A DNA stretch of 57,546 nucleotides from an uncultured Candidatus Saccharibacteria bacterium (GTDB lineage Bacteria > Patescibacteriota > Minisyncoccia > Minisyncoccales > RBG-13-42-11): contig CAZYNZ010000001.1 in the NCBI GenBank assembly GCA_964648545.1, positions 1 through 57,546 of the forward strand, given 5' to 3'. Positions 27,079 to 37,105 of this stretch are shown piece by piece. Position numbers and translations under genes: made by a program. Below the pieces are notes generated by a model, which saw only the letters and a list, made by a program, of their open reading frames with translations, searched no databases and had not been told where the DNA came from. Each line of letters opens with the position of its first letter. Within the stretch, counting starts at the first letter, position 1.

Positions 27079-27093
27079 ATTCGATTCATTTTA

Positions 27094-27279
27094 ATGGCTA
27101 CAAAAGCGCAAATCGCAAAATCGCAGAGAAAACCAAAATACAAAAGTCGAGTCGTTCGGCGCTGTTTCCGTTGCGGCAGGAAGAGAGCATACATGAGAAA
27201 ATTCGGCTTGTGCAGAATCTGCTTCAGGGAAATGGCTAACCTAGGTTTGATACCGGGAGTTAAGAAATCATCGTGGTAA
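27094..27279 (+). CDS. rpsN: 30S ribosomal protein S14, type Z (zinc-binding)
   Basis: 61 aa with [23 protein letters not shown]. Confidence 0.95.
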   Translation: MATKAQIAKSQRKPKYKSRVVRRCFRCGRKRAYMRKFGLCRICFREMANLGLIPGVKKSSW

Positions 27280-27283
27280 AAAT

Positions 27284-27670
27284 ATGGATGTAATTTCCGA
27301 CATGTTAAACAGAATAAGAAACGGCCAAGCCGCGGGAAAGCCCACGGTGGAGATTCCTTTTTCCAATTTGAGATACGAAATTTCCCAGATATTGCTTAAA
27401 AAGGGTTTTATCGAAGGAGTCGAGAAAAAAGGAAAAAAGAGCAAAAAAACTTTCGAAGTGACCTTGAAATATCAGGATAAGATGCCGGTAATCATCGGGC
27501 TAAAGAGAATTTCAAAGCCGGGCCAAAGGATTTATTTCGACTACCGAAAAATAAGAAAGGTAAAGGGCGGATACGGCACGGCCATAGTCTCCACTTCCAA
27601 AGGTCTCATGACGGACAAAGAGGTCAAGAAACAGAAAATAGGAGGAGAAATACTTTTTGAAATTTGGTAA
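27284..27670 (+). CDS. rpsH: 30S ribosomal protein S8
   Basis: It has DVISDMLNRIRNG and GGEILFEIW at the C-terminus. Confidence 0.95.
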   Translation: MDVISDMLNRIRNGQAAGKPTVEIPFSNLRYEISQILLKKGFIEGVEKKGKKSKKTFEVTLKYQDKMPVIIGLKRISKPGQRIYFDYRKIRKVKGGYGTAIVSTSKGLMTDKEVKKQKIGGEILFEIW

Positions 27671-27676
27671 ACACAT

Positions 27677-28231
27677 ATGTCCAGAGTAGGAAAAAAACCA
27701 ATTTTAATAACGGAAGGCGTTGAAGTGAAAGTTGAAAAAGGGAATGTTTCAGTGAAAGGACCAAAAGGCGAGTTGTCCAGACAAGTGCGGCCCGAGGTTA
27801 AGGTTGAGATTGAAGGCGGGCAGATCAAAGTTTCTCCGGCCAAGGAGACTAAAGAAACCAGCGCTTTCTGGGGATTGACCCAGGCGCTCATTTCCAACAT
27901 GGTCGAGGGGGTGACCAAGGGTTTTGAGAAAAAACTTGAAATTCAGGGAATAGGTTTCCGGGCGGAAGTGACGGAAGAAGGATTGGTTTTGCACGTTGGT
28001 TTTTCTCATCCGGTGAATATGAAAATTCCCGAAGGTATCAAGATTACAGTGGAAAAGAATATCGTTACCATTTCCGGAATCGATAAAGAATTGGTGGGGC
28101 AAGTCGCCGCCAACATCAGGAAGGTGAAAAAACCGGAACCCTATAAAGGAAAGGGAATACGTTATCTGGGAGAACAGGTAAGAAGGAAAGTCGGCAAAAA
28201 GGTTGTAGGCACTACCGGCGGCGGAAAATAA
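27677..28231 (+). CDS. rplF: 50S ribosomal protein L6
   Basis: It has [19 protein letters not shown] and [11 protein letters not shown]. Confidence 0.96.
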   Translation: MSRVGKKPILITEGVEVKVEKGNVSVKGPKGELSRQVRPEVKVEIEGGQIKVSPAKETKETSAFWGLTQALISNMVEGVTKGFEKKLEIQGIGFRAEVTEEGLVLHVGFSHPVNMKIPEGIKITVEKNIVTISGIDKELVGQVAANIRKVKKPEPYKGKGIRYLGEQVRRKVGKKVVGTTGGGK

Positions 28232-28244
28232 AAACCTTAATTTT

Positions 28245-28601
28245 ATGCTAAAGAAACAGGAAAACAGAAAAAAGCGTCACAAAAGGATTAGGGCAAAGAT
28301 TGCAGGCGTGGCCGCACGTCCCCGGCTCTGCGTTTTCAGGTCGGCTAACCATATCTATGCCCAGCTGATAGACGATGAAAAAGGAAAGGTTCTTTTTTCG
28401 GTGAACGATTCGTCTCCCAGTTCCAAGGTCAAAGGTCAAAAAGGAAAAATAGAAAGAGCAAAAGAAGTGGGAAGATTGATCGCCCGCAAAGCGGTTGAAA
28501 AGAAAATAGATAAAGTGATTTTTGACAGGGGGGGATACAAATACCACGGCAGGATAAAAGCCCTGGCCGAAGGGGCAAGAGAAGAAGGATTAAAATTTTA
28601 A
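28245..28601 (+). CDS. rplR: 50S ribosomal protein L18
   Basis: It has [32 protein letters not shown] and [26 protein letters not shown]. Confidence 0.96.
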   Translation: MLKKQENRKKRHKRIRAKIAGVAARPRLCVFRSANHIYAQLIDDEKGKVLFSVNDSSPSSKVKGQKGKIERAKEVGRLIARKAVEKKIDKVIFDRGGYKYHGRIKALAEGAREEGLKF

Positions 28602-28607
28602 ATCATT

Positions 28608-29093
28608 ATGCAAAGAGGATTTTCAAGAAGAAAACCATTCGAAAGGCCAAAAGACGAGTTTGAATCAAAACTCCTCGATTTGGCGCGGGTAACCAGGGTG
28701 GCTGCCGGCGGTCGCAGGTTTCGTTTCAGAGCGGTGATGGTTGTCGGAGATAAAAAAGGGAAAGTGGGCGTAGGCGTGGCCAAGGGTTTGGACGTGGCTC
28801 AGGCAGTGGAAAAAGCCACGAGGCTGGCCAAGAAAAACCTGATTGTCGTTCCCATGGTGGAAGACACCGTTCCCCACGAGATTTCAGCCAAGTTCGGAGC
28901 GGCAGAGGTTCTCATAAAACCCCAGAGAAAAGGAAGAGGCCTGGTGGCCGGAGGTACGGTCAGGGTTATTGCCAATCTGGCGGGAATCAAAAACATTTCT
29001 TCCAAGATTTTGGGCAGAACCGGCAATAAATTGAACAACGCTTTGGCGACCATTAAGGCTTTTAAAAAATTGAAAATAAAAACCGAAAAATAA
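28608..29093 (+). CDS. rpsE: 30S ribosomal protein S5
   Basis: It has RVTRVAAGGRRFRFRAVMVVGDKKGKVGVGVAKG and GLVAGGTVRVIANLAGIKNI. Confidence 0.96.
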   Translation: MQRGFSRRKPFERPKDEFESKLLDLARVTRVAAGGRRFRFRAVMVVGDKKGKVGVGVAKGLDVAQAVEKATRLAKKNLIVVPMVEDTVPHEISAKFGAAEVLIKPQRKGRGLVAGGTVRVIANLAGIKNISSKILGRTGNKLNNALATIKAFKKLKIKTEK

Positions 29094-29095
29094 AT

Positions 29096-29539
29096 ATGCA
29101 ACTGCACGAGATAAGACCAATTCACAAGCTGAAAAAGAAAAAAAGAGTGGGAAGAGGCGGGAAAAAAGGCTCTTCTTCGGGCAAAGGGATGAGGGGCCAG
29201 AAATCCAGATCGGGCAGGAGGATGAGGCCGGTGATCCGGGACGTCATCAAAAGATATCCCAAATTGAGAGGATACAGATTTAAGCCCCAGAAGTTCGGTT
29301 TGAGGTTAAAGGCGATTACGGTCAACCTGGAAACGTTGGAGAAGAAGTTCGCGGCGGAGGAGCAGGTTAGCCCAAAAACGTTGTTGGAGAAGAGAATAAT
29401 TAGTAAAATAAAAGGGGTCATACCCAATATTAAGATTTTAGGCAAGGGCGAAATTACAAAACCCTTAATTTTTGAAAATTGCCGCGTTTCGGAGTCGGCA
29501 AAAAAGAAAATTGAAAAAGCCAAGGGTACGATAAAATAA
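29096..29539 (+). CDS. rplO: 50S ribosomal protein L15
   Basis: It has KKKKRVGRGGKKGSSSGKGMRGQKSRSG. It starts 2 nt after the rpsE stop, with no L30 gene between. Confidence 0.94.
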   Translation: MQLHEIRPIHKLKKKKRVGRGGKKGSSSGKGMRGQKSRSGRRMRPVIRDVIKRYPKLRGYRFKPQKFGLRLKAITVNLETLEKKFAAEEQVSPKTLLEKRIISKIKGVIPNIKILGKGEITKPLIFENCRVSESAKKKIEKAKGTIK

Positions 29540-29550
29540 AAACTCAGCAC

Positions 29551-30831
29551 ATGAATTGGTTAAACAAAGTCATCCAGATTTTTAAAATAAAGGATTTGAG
29601 ATACAAGATTCTTTTTGTTTTGGGCGTTTTCGGGGTTTTTCGGCTGATGGCCAACATTCCCATTCCCGGCTTCAGCGCGGAAAGAATGCGGGAATTTTTC
29701 GAGAATAATCAGCTTTTCGGCCTTTTGAACATGTTTACTGGGGGCGCTTTGGACAACCTTTCCATCGTTATGCTTGGATTGGGTCCTTACATTACCGCCG
29801 TCATCATCATGCAGCTGCTGACGATGATTTTTCCCCAGTTGGAGAGAATGTACAAGGAAGAAGGAGAACAGGGCAGGCAGAAGTTCAACCAGTACGGAAG
29901 GATAGCCGCGGTTCCCCTGGCTTTTCTTCAGGGATACGCCATGCTGAGCCTTCTGCAGCGGCAGCAGATAATCGAGTCGCTCTCGCCCAATTTAATCTTG
30001 ATTTCCCTGCTGACGATTACCGCCGGCACCATGCTTTTGATGTGGCTGGGAGAACTGATCACGGAGAAGGGAATCGGCAACGGGGTGTCGTTGTTGATTT
30101 TCGCGGGCATCATTGCCGATTTTCCCAACAACATAAGACAAATGCTGATAACCTGGGATCCCTCGCAAATCCCCTCGTACTTGCTTTTTTTCGGCATGGC
30201 TCTTTTGATCATTGCCGGAGTGGTTTTGATAAACGAAGGAAGAAGGAATATCCCGGTGTCCTATGCCAAGAGAGTCAGGGGCACCAAGGTTTACGGCGGA
30301 GTTTCCACCTTTTTGCCTTTAAACATCAACCCTGCCGGCGTAATACCGATTATCTTTGCCTTGTCAATCATGCTTTTTCCCGGGATGATCGCCAATTTCA
30401 TGGGCGGCATGGGAGGAACTGTAGGAAACATAGCCCAGAGCATAGGCAACGCTTTTCAGAATCCCTGGATTTACGGCATTCTGTATTTTCTTCTGGTAGT
30501 GATATTCACTTACTTTTATACCGCCGTTACCTTCGATCCCAAGGCTATTTCAAGTAATCTTCAGAAAATGGGCGGTTTCGTTCCGGGAATCAGGCCCGGG
30601 GAATCGACAGCCAGCTTTATGTATTACATTTTGAACCGGGTATTGTTGATCGGCGCATTGTTTCTGGGCGCCATTGCCATCATGCCCTCGGTCATCGGAG
30701 GAATAACCGGAGTTCAGGTTTTTACATTTTTGATCGGAGGCACTGCTTTGCTGATCGTAGTTTCCGTCGTTCTGGAAACCATGAGGCAGATCAAGGCCCA
30801 GTTGGAAATGAGAGAATACGAAACTTTTTAA
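29551..30831 (+). CDS. secY: preprotein translocase subunit SecY
   Basis: 426 aa and 10 TM. It has GLGPYITAVIIMQLL and GNGVSLLIFAGI, with conserved position. Confidence 0.97.
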   Translation: MNWLNKVIQIFKIKDLRYKILFVLGVFGVFRLMANIPIPGFSAERMREFFENNQLFGLLNMFTGGALDNLSIVMLGLGPYITAVIIMQLLTMIFPQLERMYKEEGEQGRQKFNQYGRIAAVPLAFLQGYAMLSLLQRQQIIESLSPNLILISLLTITAGTMLLMWLGELITEKGIGNGVSLLIFAGIIADFPNNIRQMLITWDPSQIPSYLLFFGMALLIIAGVVLINEGRRNIPVSYAKRVRGTKVYGGVSTFLPLNINPAGVIPIIFALSIMLFPGMIANFMGGMGGTVGNIAQSIGNAFQNPWIYGILYFLLVVIFTYFYTAVTFDPKAISSNLQKMGGFVPGIRPGESTASFMYYILNRVLLIGALFLGAIAIMPSVIGGITGVQVFTFLIGGTALLIVVSVVLETMRQIKAQLEMREYETF

Positions 30832-30832
30832 A

Positions 30833-31504
30833 ATGGCTAAAAAAAACAATCGCTTAATCATTCTGCTTTTCGGCAAATCCGGAGCGGGGAAGGGGACTCA
30901 GGCTGATTTATTGGTGGAGAAGATGGGGCTGGAATACATCGGCAGCGGAGATTTGCTAAGGGCGAGGAAAAATAAGGCAGACTTTACCGGAAAGAAAATT
31001 GCCGAAGTCATGCAGAAGGGAGGATTGATTCCCACGCCCGTGATTTTCAAATTATGGGTTGATAAAGTGGACAATCTCAAAGGCAAAAAGAATTTGAAAG
31101 GTTTTATCATAGACGGCAGCCCCAGGAAGATTTTCGAGGCCTATTTAATGGACGAGCTTCTGGAGTGGTACGAATGGAAAGAGAATCTGAGGCTGGTTTT
31201 GATACACATATCCGACAGGGAGGCGATATGGCGACTGACCAAAAGAAGGCAATGCACAAAGTGCAAGGAGATTATTCCTTTTGTCGGCGAATTCAGAAAG
31301 ATTAAAAAATGTCCGAAATGCGGAGGAAAACTGGTAAAGCGGAGCGACGATACCTTAGCCGCCGTAAAAAACAGATTGAAATGGTTCAAGACTGACGTTC
31401 AGCCGATAATCAATTACTACCGCAGAACGGGCAGGCTGCTCAAGATAAACGGAGAACAATCAATAGAAAACGTCTTTAAGGACGTGCTCAAGGCTCTAAA
31501 GTAG
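30833..31504 (+). CDS. adk: adenylate kinase (zinc-lid form)
   Basis: It has the P-loop GKSGAGKGTQ, IDGSPR and the lid CTKC...CPKCGG. It sits in the canonical position after secY. Confidence 0.9.
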   Translation: MAKKNNRLIILLFGKSGAGKGTQADLLVEKMGLEYIGSGDLLRARKNKADFTGKKIAEVMQKGGLIPTPVIFKLWVDKVDNLKGKKNLKGFIIDGSPRKIFEAYLMDELLEWYEWKENLRLVLIHISDREAIWRLTKRRQCTKCKEIIPFVGEFRKIKKCPKCGGKLVKRSDDTLAAVKNRLKWFKTDVQPIINYYRRTGRLLKINGEQSIENVFKDVLKALK

Positions 31505-31512
31505 CGTACTCA

Positions 31513-32259
31513 ATGATTACAATCAAGACTCCGGAGGAGATCAGAATAATAGCGAAAGGCGGGAAGATTCTGGCCAGCATAATGAAAAAACTGGAAAAGA
31601 AAGTAAGGCCGGGGATAACCACCAAGGAACTAGACGAGCTCGCAGAGGAGCTCATTTTTAAATCCGGAGGAAAATGTTCTTTTAAGGGATACCAGGGATT
31701 TCCTGGTTGCCTTTGCACTTCAATTAATGAAGAAATAGTTCATGCTGTTCCTTCCGACAGGGTTCTGAAAGAAGGGGATATTATTTCTTTGGATATTGGA
31801 ATGAAATATAAGGGTTTTCATACCGACATGGCCAGAACTTTGCCAGTGGGCAGAGTGGGAAAAGGGGTCCCGGAATTGATAAAAGTTACGAAAGAGGCTT
31901 TAAAAATAGGAATCGGAGAGACAAAGCCGGGCAACACTTTCGGCGACATCGGAAATGCAATCCAGAAATACGTTGAATCAAAGGGTTTCGGGGTAATCCG
32001 CGAACTCTGCGGCCATGGGATAGGAAAGGAAATCCACGAGGATCCCCAGATTTTAAATTACGGCAGGAAGGGCACGGGACCGGAAGTGAAAGAAGGCATG
32101 GTTTTATGTCTGGAACCCATGGTGGCCGTGGGAGACTGGGCCATAGCGAGGAGTGGAGACGGCGGCTTTAAAACAAAAGACGGATCTTTATCCTGCCATT
32201 TCGAAGACACTATTGCCGTAACGAAAAATGGAGCAAAAGTTTTAACTGTGATAAAATAG
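31513..32259 (+). CDS. map: type I methionine aminopeptidase
   Basis: It has GDIISLDIG, HTDMARTLPVG, GHGIGKEIHEDP, LCLEPM and FEDTIAVT. Confidence 0.95.
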   Translation: MITIKTPEEIRIIAKGGKILASIMKKLEKKVRPGITTKELDELAEELIFKSGGKCSFKGYQGFPGCLCTSINEEIVHAVPSDRVLKEGDIISLDIGMKYKGFHTDMARTLPVGRVGKGVPELIKVTKEALKIGIGETKPGNTFGDIGNAIQKYVESKGFGVIRELCGHGIGKEIHEDPQILNYGRKGTGPEVKEGMVLCLEPMVAVGDWAIARSGDGGFKTKDGSLSCHFEDTIAVTKNGAKVLTVIK

Positions 32260-32263
32260 ATTA

Positions 32264-33001
32264 ATGCATTTATCTTTAGTCATACCCGCTTACAACGAGG
32301 AAAAAAGACTGCCCAAAACCCTGACCGAGATTGACGGATATCTGAGGACAAAGGATTATGATTACGAGATTTTGGTGGTGAATGACGGGTCTAAGGACAA
32401 AACCGTTGAGATTGTGAATAATCTGATTCCCGGCATCAAAAATCTTAGGGTGACCGGTTATAACAGGAATCAGGGCAAAGGATATGCCGTAAGGTTCGGG
32501 ATGATGGAGGCCAAAGGCGATTTCAGGTTGTTTAGCGATGCCGATAATTCCACCTCCGTGGACCAGGTTGAAAGAATGTGGCCCGAATTTGAGAAAGGAG
32601 CGGATATTGTCATCGGTTCGAGAGACGTCAAAGGAGCCATTCTGGATCCGCCCCAGCCCTGGATGCGCCATATGCTTCTGGGGGAAGGGTTTAAATTGTT
32701 CCGTAAACTGGTGGTTGATCTCTGGAAGATAGAGGACACACAGTGTGGCTTTAAATGTTTTACCAAAGAGGCTGCTGAGAACATTTTCCCCAGATGCAGG
32801 ATTTCGCGTTTCGCCTTTGATCCGGAAATTCTGATAATCGGGAAACGGATGGGTTATAAAATAAAGGAAATTCCGGTCTATTGGAAAAACGATTTGGAGA
32901 GCAAGGTTAAATTAAAAAGCATATTCAAAATAGCCTTGGATTTGTTCGTAATCAGGCTAAATTCATTCAGAGGAGTTTATGGAAAAGAGAAAAAAATCTA
33001 A
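32264..33001 (+). CDS. family 2 glycosyltransferase (dolichyl/polyprenyl-phosphate glucosyltransferase-like)
   Basis: It has LSLVIPAYNEEKRL, ILVVNDGSKDKT, FSDADNS and QCGFKCF. Confidence 0.85.
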   Translation: MHLSLVIPAYNEEKRLPKTLTEIDGYLRTKDYDYEILVVNDGSKDKTVEIVNNLIPGIKNLRVTGYNRNQGKGYAVRFGMMEAKGDFRLFSDADNSTSVDQVERMWPEFEKGADIVIGSRDVKGAILDPPQPWMRHMLLGEGFKLFRKLVVDLWKIEDTQCGFKCFTKEAAENIFPRCRISRFAFDPEILIIGKRMGYKIKEIPVYWKNDLESKVKLKSIFKIALDLFVIRLNSFRGVYGKEKKI

Positions 33002-34019
33002 CTTAAAGTTTCCTTCAGAACTGAGGTTCGATTTAATAAGCAAGGACTGGGTGGTTATCGCTACGGGCAGAGCCAGAAGGCCGGAAACTTTTAAAAAGGA
33101 AAAGAGGAAAATCGAGGAGGTGCCGAAAGAGCAATGTCCTTTCTGCAATTTGAAGAACCAGGAAAAACCGGTTCTGGTTTTCAATAAAGGGAAAAAGATG
33201 CCGCTTTTAGGCAGGCTTCCTAGGGAATGGACCACGGTCGTTCTGCCCAACAAATACCCGGCTTTCATTCCTTATCACAAGCTGGAAGAAAAGCAGGAAG
33301 GCAAGTTTTACCAGAAAATGAATGCAGCCGGTTTCCACGAGGTGGTGGTGACGCGCGACCACGTGAAATCTTTGGGGCGGTTCAAGCTGGAAGAGGTAAA
33401 GGAGCTGTTCGACGTTTACCAGCAAAGATACCTTGACCTGATGGGCGAGAAGTTCGTCAACCACGTTTCCATTTTTCACAATCACGGATATGAGGCCGGG
33501 GCATCGGTGGGCCATCCTCATTCTCAAATCATCACTACTCCCTTGATCGACGTCGACTTGAAAAGGGCGCTTTCAAATTCGGAGAGTTATTTTAAAAACA
33601 CGGAAAAGTGTATTTACTGCGAAATGAATAAATGGGAAATGAGGGTAAGAAAGAGAGTTATTTTCGAGAATAAAGAATTTCTGGTCGTTTCTCCCTTCGC
33701 CGCAAAGTCCGCCTTCCAGGTCATCGTTTCTCCCAAAAAGCACCTGTCTTATTTTGAAAGAGCCACGGACAATGAAAAATGGCAGTTGTCGGAGGCTTTT
33801 CTGGCGGCCATTTCCAAGATTTACAAAGGCTTGGGAGACCCCGCCTATAACTTTTATCTGCATACCGCTCCGTGCGACGGAAAAGAATATCCTTATTACC
33901 ACTGGCACTGGACCATTCTGCCCAAAACCTCGACCTGGGCGGGATTTGAACTTGGGTCGAGAATGGAAATTTCCACCGTGGAGCCGGAAAAAGCCGCGGA
34001 ATATTTAAGAAGACAATGA
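32979..34019 (+). CDS. galactose-1-phosphate uridylyltransferase-like (HIT superfamily, GalT branch) nucleotidyltransferase
   Basis: It has the N-terminal CPFC zinc motif and the catalytic GHPHSQI. It overlaps the GT2 gene by 23 nt. Confidence 0.75.
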   Translation: MEKRKKSNLKFPSELRFDLISKDWVVIATGRARRPETFKKEKRKIEEVPKEQCPFCNLKNQEKPVLVFNKGKKMPLLGRLPREWTTVVLPNKYPAFIPYHKLEEKQEGKFYQKMNAAGFHEVVVTRDHVKSLGRFKLEEVKELFDVYQQRYLDLMGEKFVNHVSIFHNHGYEAGASVGHPHSQIITTPLIDVDLKRALSNSESYFKNTEKCIYCEMNKWEMRVRKRVIFENKEFLVVSPFAAKSAFQVIVSPKKHLSYFERATDNEKWQLSEAFLAAISKIYKGLGDPAYNFYLHTAPCDGKEYPYYHWHWTILPKTSTWAGFELGSRMEISTVEPEKAAEYLRRQ

Positions 34020-34061
34020 ATCTAAAAATTCATCTCCAGTTTCGTTTTAATAAATTAAAAC
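34016..34061 (+). repeat. bipartite tandem-hairpin intergenic element, copy 5
   Basis: ATGAAT-CTAAAA-ATTCAT hairpin (contains the TGA stop), spacer CTCCAGTTTC, then GTTTTAAT-AA-ATTAAAAC hairpin. Confidence 0.5.
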
Positions 34062-34071
34062 TTGCCAAACA

Positions 34072-34827
34072 ATGAAACCAATTATTATAGCAAATTGGAA
34101 AATGAATCCTGTAAGCTTAGCTGAGGCTAAGAAGAATTTTGAGATTATTAAAAGGGGAGTGAGGCGCGTGAAGAAAGTAGAGGCTGTGATTTGCGCACCT
34201 TTTATTTTTTTATCGGCCTTGAAACCGACAAATTATCTAAAACTAGGGGCTCAAGATTGTTTTTTTGGAGAGAAGGGTCCTTTCACTGGTGAGATTTCGC
34301 CCAGGCAGCTTAAAAACTTGGGAGTAGAATATGTAATCTTAGGACATTCTGAGAGGAGGAGATATTTAGATGAGTCGATAGAATTAGTGAATCAAAAGAT
34401 AAAAGCTGCTTTAGAGACTGGGCTTAAGGTTGTTTTTTGCGTTGGCAGCGACGCAAAAAAACCCAGTAAGGAAATTAAATATCAATTAGAAAGGGGATTA
34501 AAGGGGATAAAAAAATCAGATTTAGACAGATTAGTTTTTGTTTACGAACCTATTTGGGCTATAAGCACAAGTAAGAATAAGGTTATCGCCACTCCTCATG
34601 AGGCATTAAAAGGCGGCCTTTATATGAAAAACGTTTTAGAAAAGATATTTGATAAAGAAACGGCCAAAAAAGCCAAGATTATTTATGGCGGCAGCGTAGA
34701 CAGTAAAAATATAGGAGGTTTCATTGAGGAAGGAAAAATGGCTGGTGGTTTACCGGGAGCTGCTTCTCTGGATCCTTATGAATTTGTTAGGATAGTCAAA
34801 AGAGTTGATTCTATTAACAAAATCTGA
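34072..34827 (+). CDS. tpiA: triosephosphate isomerase
   Basis: It has IIIANWKMN, ILGHSERR, YEPIWAI and IIYGGSV. Confidence 0.93.
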   Translation: MKPIIIANWKMNPVSLAEAKKNFEIIKRGVRRVKKVEAVICAPFIFLSALKPTNYLKLGAQDCFFGEKGPFTGEISPRQLKNLGVEYVILGHSERRRYLDESIELVNQKIKAALETGLKVVFCVGSDAKKPSKEIKYQLERGLKGIKKSDLDRLVFVYEPIWAISTSKNKVIATPHEALKGGLYMKNVLEKIFDKETAKKAKIIYGGSVDSKNIGGFIEEGKMAGGLPGAASLDPYEFVRIVKRVDSINKI

Positions 34828-34841
34828 TAAGTTAAGATATT

Positions 34842-35345
34842 ATGGAAAAGATTTTAAACGGTTATTTTTTTAATCCGACAAAAGGGAACGTAAAGACCGA
34901 GAGAGTGGCCGATGAGCTGATCAGATACATCTCCGACAGGCCGGAGAAGTTTTATGACATTATCGTCGGTTGCGATTCCTCCTCGGAAGAAGAGCCCCAT
35001 TTTCCCCTGGCAGTGGTCGTTTTGAGAGTGGGGGAAGGGGGCAGATTTTTTCTCAAGAAGATAGCTTATAAGGGAAGAAAATTTTACAACTACAAACAGC
35101 GAATTCTGGAGGAGGTTTTTCTTTCCTGCCAGATGGCGCTGTATCTGAAAGAGAACTTCGAAAAGAAGATGCAAAACAAAAACTTTCGTTATCAATTCCG
35201 CTACATTCATGCCGACGTCGGAGAGAACGGCAAGACAAAAGACATGATAAAAGAGGTGACAGGCTTGATTAAAGGAAACGGCTTCGAGCCGAAGATAAAA
35301 CCAGAATCTTTTGTCGCCTCCACGGTGGCTGACAGGTTCTCCTAA
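34842..35345 (+). CDS. YkuK/DUF458 family RNase H-like protein
   Basis: 167 aa. It has FFNPTKG..., a YDIIVGCDSS acidic motif and a later HADVGENGKT, consistent with the RNase H-like DUF458 fold. Confidence 0.55.
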   Translation: MEKILNGYFFNPTKGNVKTERVADELIRYISDRPEKFYDIIVGCDSSSEEEPHFPLAVVVLRVGEGGRFFLKKIAYKGRKFYNYKQRILEEVFLSCQMALYLKENFEKKMQNKNFRYQFRYIHADVGENGKTKDMIKEVTGLIKGNGFEPKIKPESFVASTVADRFS

Positions 35346-35351
35346 TTCAAA

Positions 35352-37082
35352 ATGACCTCAAACGAACTAAGGGAAAAGTTTCTTAATTTCTTTAGGGAAA
35401 AGAAACACGCCGTCATCCCGTCCGCTTCTCTGATTCCCGAGAATGACCCGACGGTTCTTTTCACTACCGCGGGAATGCATCCCTTGGTGCCTTTTTTATT
35501 AGGAGAGAAACATCCTGCCGGCAATAGGCTTGCTAACGTCCAGATCTGCATTAGGACGGACGATATAGACGAGGTTGGCGACGAAGTCCACCATACTTTT
35601 TTTGAAATGCTGGGAAACTGGTCTCTGGGAGATTATTTCAAAGAGGAGGCCATAAAGTTAAGCTTTGAGTTTTTGACCGATAAGAAGTGGCTCGGCATTA
35701 GAAAGGAAAAACTGGCCATCTCTATCTTTGAAGGGGACCAAGACGCTCCGAGAGACGAGGAATCCGGAAAAATCTGGCTGAGTTTGGGCGTTCCCGAGGA
35801 AAGAATAAAAGGCCTTCCCAAGAAAGAGAACTGGTGGGGACCGGCCGGGGAAACCGGGCCCTGCGGTCCGGATACGGAGATGTTTTACTGGACAGGGAAA
35901 GAATCCGCTCCCAAAGAATTTGATCCTCAAGATAAAAGATGGGTGGAAATATGGAATGATGTCTTCATGGAGTATTTTAAGAACATGGATAGCCGTTACG
36001 AGCCTCTCTCCCAGAAAAACGTTGACACTGGCATGGGACTGGAAAGGATGCTCTCTTCCATCAACGGTTTGGCGGACGACTACAGGACGGACGTATTTTG
36101 GCCTATTCTTCGGGAACTGGAAAAGGCATCCGGCGTGAAATACGAGGAAAAGAAAAAAGAATTCCGCATCATCGCCGACCACGTTAAAGCCGCCACGTTC
36201 ATTATCGGCGACGAAAACGGAGTGGAACCTTCCAATTTGGGACAAGGTTATGTTGTGCGGCGCCTTATCAGAAGGGCAATTCGCTACGGTAAAGTTCTCA
36301 ATTTGCCCAAATATTTTTTAATATCGCTGATCCAAAAAGTCATAGGGATTTACGGTGACAGTTATCCTTATCTCAAAAGAAAGGAAAATGACATTGCGAC
36401 GATCGTTCAAAAAGAAGAGGAAAAATTTGAAAAGACTCTGGAAGAAGGGCTGAAACAATTTGAAAAAGGACTGGACGCTTTCGAACTGTATACGACTTAT
36501 GGTTTTCCTCTGGAACTGACAATGGAACTGGCGAAGGAAAAAGGGAGGACTATTGACGTGACAGAATTCAACGAGAAATTCAAAAAACACCAGGAACTTT
36601 CCCGTACGGCTTCAGCTGGCATGTTCAAAGGCGGGCTGGCGGACACGGGAAAGCAGGCGGTAAAATATCATACCGCCACTCATTTGCTTTTGGCCGCCCT
36701 GAGGCAGATTTTAGGTCCAAACGTTTATCAAAAGGGCAGCAATATTAATGCCGAGAGGTTGCGGTTCGATTTTTCTCATCCTCAAAAAATGACTCAGGAA
36801 CAAATTAAAAAGGTGGAAGACATAGTCAATCAAAAAATCAAGGAGGATTTACCGGTAATATGCGAGGAAATGAGTTTGGAAAAGGCGAAAGAAAAGGGAG
36901 CGACAGGTGTTTTCGAGGAAAAATACGGTGAAAAAGTAAAAGTTTACGGCATCGGTGAGTTTTCAAAAGAGATTTGCGGTGGTCCCCACGTGGAACGCAC
37001 CTCGGAGTTGGGAGAATTCAAGATTTTGAAAGAAGAATCGTCTAGCTCCGGGGTAAGGAGGATCAGAGCTGTTTTAAAATAG
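35352..37082 (+). CDS. alaS: alanine--tRNA ligase, compact 576-aa form
   Basis: It has FTTAGMHPLVPFLLG, HHTFFEMLGNWSLGDYFK, and the editing motifs HTATHLL and CGGPHV. The protein ends right after the editing core, with no C-Ala domain. Confidence 0.9.
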   Translation: MTSNELREKFLNFFREKKHAVIPSASLIPENDPTVLFTTAGMHPLVPFLLGEKHPAGNRLANVQICIRTDDIDEVGDEVHHTFFEMLGNWSLGDYFKEEAIKLSFEFLTDKKWLGIRKEKLAISIFEGDQDAPRDEESGKIWLSLGVPEERIKGLPKKENWWGPAGETGPCGPDTEMFYWTGKESAPKEFDPQDKRWVEIWNDVFMEYFKNMDSRYEPLSQKNVDTGMGLERMLSSINGLADDYRTDVFWPILRELEKASGVKYEEKKKEFRIIADHVKAATFIIGDENGVEPSNLGQGYVVRRLIRRAIRYGKVLNLPKYFLISLIQKVIGIYGDSYPYLKRKENDIATIVQKEEEKFEKTLEEGLKQFEKGLDAFELYTTYGFPLELTMELAKEKGRTIDVTEFNEKFKKHQELSRTASAGMFKGGLADTGKQAVKYHTATHLLLAALRQILGPNVYQKGSNINAERLRFDFSHPQKMTQEQIKKVEDIVNQKIKEDLPVICEEMSLEKAKEKGATGVFEEKYGEKVKVYGIGEFSKEICGGPHVERTSELGEFKILKEESSSSGVRRIRAVLK

Positions 37083-37105
37083 ACAAAAAATCGTTATAAT
37101 AAAAT

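Noticed and set aside
30042-30557. 171-aa alternative-frame ORF inside secY, and similar same-strand overlapping ORFs (6810-7076, 8493-8753, 14415-14693, 33227-33436, 46071-46298).
   Set aside because: They are Arg/Gly/His-rich nonsense translations embedded in genes whose primary frame is strongly supported, and they have no independent start context.
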